Assembly: GCA_027053075.1 (NCBI GenBank)
Contig: JALUEE010000083.1
Coordinates: 1 to 10,656, forward strand
From: a candidate division WOR-3 bacterium
GTDB lineage: Bacteria; Hydrothermota; Hydrothermia; B15-G9; WFZT01
Length of the DNA: 10,656 nucleotides
Reading direction: 5' to 3'
The position numbers and the translations under genes were made by a program. The notes beneath the pieces were generated by a model, which saw nothing but the letters and a program-made list of their open reading frames with translations, was not told the DNA's origin and did no database searches. Of the stretch, positions 7,362 to 10,656 are shown one piece after another; position 1 is the stretch's first letter, and every line of letters starts with the position of its first letter.

Positions 7362-9479
7362 ATGGCACTAACCCGCGATAAAGTTATAAAAACCCTCAAA
7401 AAATGCCGAAGGAAATACGTTTCAACCAACACACTTGCCAAAAAACTGAGGCTCAAAAAGGACGGAAAAAAGCAACTTAAAAAGATCATCAATGAACTCA
7501 TAAAAGAAGGCTCAGTAGTTCAAAACAAAGACGGTAAGGTGGGATGGGCCGAGAAAATTGGCATCCTTAAAGGTAAAATTCAGAGGTTCAAAGAAGGATT
7601 CGGTTTCTTTCTCACACCTGAAGGGGAGGAGGATATATTTATAGCTCCTTCAAATATGAAGGGAGCACTCTCAGGGGACACGGTACTTGTTCAGGTCATT
7701 TCAAGAAGAAAACGAAGGAAACCCGAAGGCAGGGTAATTAAAGTAGTTGAAAGAGCCAAAGACCGGTACGTCGGTACGTTTTACGGCACGGCCAGGCGTG
7801 GGGAAGTCGAACCTGACGACCCCTCGTTACCACAGAGAATCCCAGTCGCAAAAGGTAAAACAAAAAATGCCAAGGATGGCTATAAGGTTATATTTACTGT
7901 TGTTGAGAAGAGGAAAAAACTTTATGCCGAAATTGTTTCAGTAGCGGGTCCGGAGGATGATCCAAATACTGACCTGATTGTCGTCCTCAAAAAATACGAC
8001 TTGAATCCTGAGTTTCCACCGCAGGTAGAGGAAGAGGTCGAGAACATAGAAATGCCAGAATACACCCCGTCTTCTCATAGACTGGACCTGAGGGACAGGC
8101 TAATTTTCACTATCGACCCGGTAGATGCCAAGGACTTCGATGACGCCATTTCGATTGAAAAAACAGAGAGGGGCTATAAACTCGGTGTTCATATTGCAGA
8201 CGTCTCATTTTTTGTCAAAGCCAAATCTGCTACCGACATTGAGGCACTTTCGAGAGGAACATCTGTTTATCTTGTGAACTTTGTCGTGCCCATGCTCCCC
8301 CATAGACTCTCAAGCAACTTGTGTTCGCTTGTACCCGGCGAGGACCGCTTCACAATGTCAGTTTTGATGGAGTTAGACCTTGAAGGTAATCTAATCAAGA
8401 GAAAGTTTAAAAAATCAGTAATTCGCTCAAAGGCTCGCCTGACCTATGAGGATGCTCAAATGCTCCTTGATGGCGAAGACTTGCCTGATGATAGCCATTC
8501 CATCTTTGCCTCAAAAGATGATTATGCCAGCGTCAAGGAGGCACTTAAACACGCGCTTGAGCTTGCAAAAATCCTGAGAGAAAGGCGCTGGGAGAGAGGC
8601 AGCCTCGATTTTGACCTGCCAGAGCCCGAAATTACTCTCTACCCTTCTGGCAAGGTGGCCTCAATTAAGCCTGCTGTACGAACATGGAGCCATAAACTTA
8701 TTGAAGAATTCATGATCAGGGCCAATGAGGCGGTCGCCGAATACTTCTCCAGCAGGGGATTGCCCACCATTTACCGCGTTCACGAGCCCCCTGATGCCGA
8801 AAAATTGAAAACATTTCTCATATTTGCAGAGAGTCTACTCGGGCAGAAATTCGATATCAAAGACATAACCCCCAAAACCCTTCAGCAGGTTCTTGTAAAA
8901 GTCGAAGGTAAACCGGAAGAGGCTTTACTGAACTACATGCTTTTGAGGTCTTTAAAAAGGGCACGCTATTCTGTGGAAAACGTCGGGCACTTTGGCCTTG
9001 CATCTGAAAATTATCTGCATTTCACGTCTCCCATAAGAAGATACCCTGATCTCGTTGTTCACCGACTTCTCAAATATGCTATCAAAGGAAAGCCGAGAAA
9101 AAGCGAGTCCTGGATTGAGTACCTTACCTATGTGGCGGAGCGTGCCTCTGAGCGGGAAAGAATCGCTGAAAGGGCCGAATTTGACCATATTGATTACAAA
9201 GCAATGGATTTCATGAAAAGTAAAATCGGGGAGATTTTTGAAGGATTGATCACTCATATCACATCAAATGGATTTTTTGTTCAGCTCAAAGAATTCCTTG
9301 TAGAAGGATTTGTAAATGTTGATAGCCTTGGGGGAAATTACATTTACGATCCTGAAAGATATGAATTGAGGGAGACAAGAACACAAAAAAGCTTTAAAAT
9401 TGGCCAAATTGTCAGGGTAATGGTGGTCAAAGTTGATAAGTGGATGAAAAGGCTGGACCTGATAATAAAGGAGGATTAA
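7362..9479 (+). CDS. rnr: Ribonuclease R
   Basis: N-terminal HTH, cold-shock domains (GFGFF...DIFI), RNB catalytic TIDPVDAKDFDDAIS, VHIADVS, LIEEFMI, HFTSPIRRYPDLVVHR, and a C-terminal S1 domain. Confidence 0.96.
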   Translation: MALTRDKVIKTLKKCRRKYVSTNTLAKKLRLKKDGKKQLKKIINELIKEGSVVQNKDGKVGWAEKIGILKGKIQRFKEGFGFFLTPEGEEDIFIAPSNMKGALSGDTVLVQVISRRKRRKPEGRVIKVVERAKDRYVGTFYGTARRGEVEPDDPSLPQRIPVAKGKTKNAKDGYKVIFTVVEKRKKLYAEIVSVAGPEDDPNTDLIVVLKKYDLNPEFPPQVEEEVENIEMPEYTPSSHRLDLRDRLIFTIDPVDAKDFDDAISIEKTERGYKLGVHIADVSFFVKAKSATDIEALSRGTSVYLVNFVVPMLPHRLSSNLCSLVPGEDRFTMSVLMELDLEGNLIKRKFKKSVIRSKARLTYEDAQMLLDGEDLPDDSHSIFASKDDYASVKEALKHALELAKILRERRWERGSLDFDLPEPEITLYPSGKVASIKPAVRTWSHKLIEEFMIRANEAVAEYFSSRGLPTIYRVHEPPDAEKLKTFLIFAESLLGQKFDIKDITPKTLQQVLVKVEGKPEEALLNYMLLRSLKRARYSVENVGHFGLASENYLHFTSPIRRYPDLVVHRLLKYAIKGKPRKSESWIEYLTYVAERASERERIAERAEFDHIDYKAMDFMKSKIGEIFEGLITHITSNGFFVQLKEFLVEGFVNVDSLGGNYIYDPERYELRETRTQKSFKIGQIVRVMVVKVDKWMKRLDLIIKED

Positions 9480-9482
9480 GCC

Positions 9483-10070
9483 ATGAGGGGTACCAGAAAA
9501 GGAGGGGTACCAAAAATCAAGGATGAAGTTTTCCTGGAATATCTGGATTATGATGTTGATGGTAAAAAATGGTTTGCATTCTATACACGCCCGCAGCAAG
9601 AGAACAAGGTAGAGAGATACCTAACTGACAGGGGTATCAAGGTCTTTGTTCCAAGAGCTCCCAAATACCTGAATGTAGCAGGCAAAAGGAGGCTGGTGAA
9701 GGCTCCCCTATTTAGAAGTTATGTATTTGCTAAACTTCATTACAAAACTGACGAATACTACCTTGCCCTTGATGCTCCCGGAATAAGCACTATTATACAT
9801 AAAAAAGGCATTCCCCAGCCGATCCCGGAAAAAGAGATGACATCGTTGATAACCGTGGTAAATAGGGCAAGAGGCAATATCCTCGAACACCCTTTCTTGA
9901 AATTGGGGCAAAGGGTGATAGTAGTCGAGGGTCCATTAAAAGGCGCGGTGGGGGTGATAGAGAAGATCGATAAGGACAAAACCCTGTTCTTTGTAAATAT
10001 TTCTCTCCTCAAACGGTCGGTCTCGGTACCTTTACACCCTCGGATGGTTGAAAGATACCGGGGTGAGTAG
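9483..10070 (+). CDS. Specialised NusG paralog (UpxY/RfaH/LoaP-class transcription antiterminator)
   Basis: NGN domain WFAFYTRPQQENKV...VFVP...PLFRSYVF, PQPIPEKEM, and KOW motif GQRVIVVEGPLKGAVGVI. It is not in the secE-nusG-rplK context. RBS AAGGAGG lies at the end of rnr. Confidence 0.9.
   Translation: MRGTRKGGVPKIKDEVFLEYLDYDVDGKKWFAFYTRPQQENKVERYLTDRGIKVFVPRAPKYLNVAGKRRLVKAPLFRSYVFAKLHYKTDEYYLALDAPGISTIIHKKGIPQPIPEKEMTSLITVVNRARGNILEHPFLKLGQRVIVVEGPLKGAVGVIEKIDKDKTLFFVNISLLKRSVSVPLHPRMVERYRGE
9485..9516 (+). repeat. Imperfect tandem direct repeat, 17-bp period
   Basis: GAGGGGTACCAGAAA (9485-9499) and GAGGGGTACCAAAAA (9502-9516) are 14/15 identical, and each carries the palindrome GGTACC. 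Confidence 0.7.
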
Positions 10071-10076
10071 TATAAT
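10048..10076 (+). promoter_or_regulatory. Near-consensus sigma70 promoter overlapping the 3' end of the NusG paralog
   Basis: -35 TTGAAA (10048-10053), 17-bp spacer, perfect -10 TATAAT (10071-10076). RBS AGGAGGT (10098-10104) precedes ATG 10112. Confidence 0.8.
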
Positions 10077-10111
10077 TTAGAACCAATAAAAATTAAAAGG
10101 AGGTAAAAATT

Positions 10112-10656
10112 ATGGCAAAAACAACTTTCGCTGAAGAAATATATCTGAGAGCGCTGACAGGAAAGGTAGTTGGAGAGCATGTTCTTGGTATTTACAACAA
10201 GGTTGCTGTCATATCCGTAAAAAACATTATCTGTAGCTCAATCAGTGCGGCTGCTGAGGCTGCTTTTGTAATGAAAACTCAGGGAAGAGCTGCACATTTT
10301 ATCGTGGAAGAAGGAAACGCTGAGGATGTGGCAAAGGAAGTTGCGAGGTTTGAGCCCAACGCAGTGATCCTGATGTTCGGTGGTGAAACTCCTATCGAAG
10401 AGACAAAGAAGCTGTTTGTTGAGACCCTGAAGGCACTCTCGGCACTGGACCTCGATGCGGATATCATTGTCCATGTCAGGATTTTTGCGGCAGGTGGACT
10501 TGCTGAAGCGGTCAAAGACAAGGACATCGCTGAGTTCCTGAATGACAGAGAAGTTTACGTTTACACTGTGGACTTTGACGGAGGATTCATTATCCTGAAT
10601 GACGTATTTCTTGAGGAGAATGGCGAGATTGTTCTCTCCAAGCTGAGTGAGATTCC
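10112..10656 (+). CDS. Hypothetical soluble alpha/beta protein, truncated by the window edge (at least 181 aa); not in the ORF track
   Basis: Open frame from ATG 10112 to the window end: MAKTTFAEEIYLRALTGKVVGEHVLGIYNKVAVISVKNIICSSISAAAEAAFVMKTQGRAAHFIVEEGNAEDVAKEVARFEPNAVILMFGGETPIEETKKLFVETLKAL... Perfect RBS and its own promoter. Confidence 0.88.
   Translation, partial: MAKTTFAEEIYLRALTGKVVGEHVLGIYNKVAVISVKNIICSSISAAAEAAFVMKTQGRAAHFIVEEGNAEDVAKEVARFEPNAVILMFGGETPIEETKKLFVETLKALSALDLDADIIVHVRIFAAGGLAEAVKDKDIAEFLNDREVYVYTVDFDGGFIILNDVFLEENGEIVLSKLSEI

Noticed and set aside
1503..9911. Numerous 60-111 aa minus-strand ORFs
   Set aside because: They are antisense shadows of confident + strand genes, many Ser/Phe/Leu-rich from reversed Glu/Lys codons, with no family motifs.
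9758..10527. Minus-strand ORFs 9758-10180, 10238-10474 and 10279-10527
   Set aside because: The region is explained by the NusG paralog and the + strand ORF from 10112, which has its own promoter and RBS.

Overview
This is a gene-dense, moderate-GC bacterial chromosomal window in which every credible gene lies on the + strand. No RNA genes, mobile elements or CRISPR arrays were seen. Sigma70-type promoters suggest three transcription units. Unit 1 (167-2962) encodes a polytopic membrane protein with a Glu-rich tail, a degenerate PilM/GspL-like actin-fold protein, a 49-aa PilN-like membrane peptide missing from the ORF track, and signal peptidase I (lepB). Unit 2 (3025-10070) is a tightly coupled ~7 kb mixed operon: V/A-type ATPase subunits I, K and E only, a short Wza/OPX-like polysaccharide export protein, FabK, RNase R and a specialised NusG paralog (UpxY/RfaH/LoaP class). 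Unit 3 is a hypothetical alpha/beta protein starting at 10112 and running off the window, with its own near-consensus promoter. A perfect 17-bp GC-rich hairpin opens the window. The best candidate for an undescribed system is the minimal, apparently pilus-less PilM-like plus mini-PilN module coupled to the membrane protein. All family calls come from motif recognition by eye, not from database searches.
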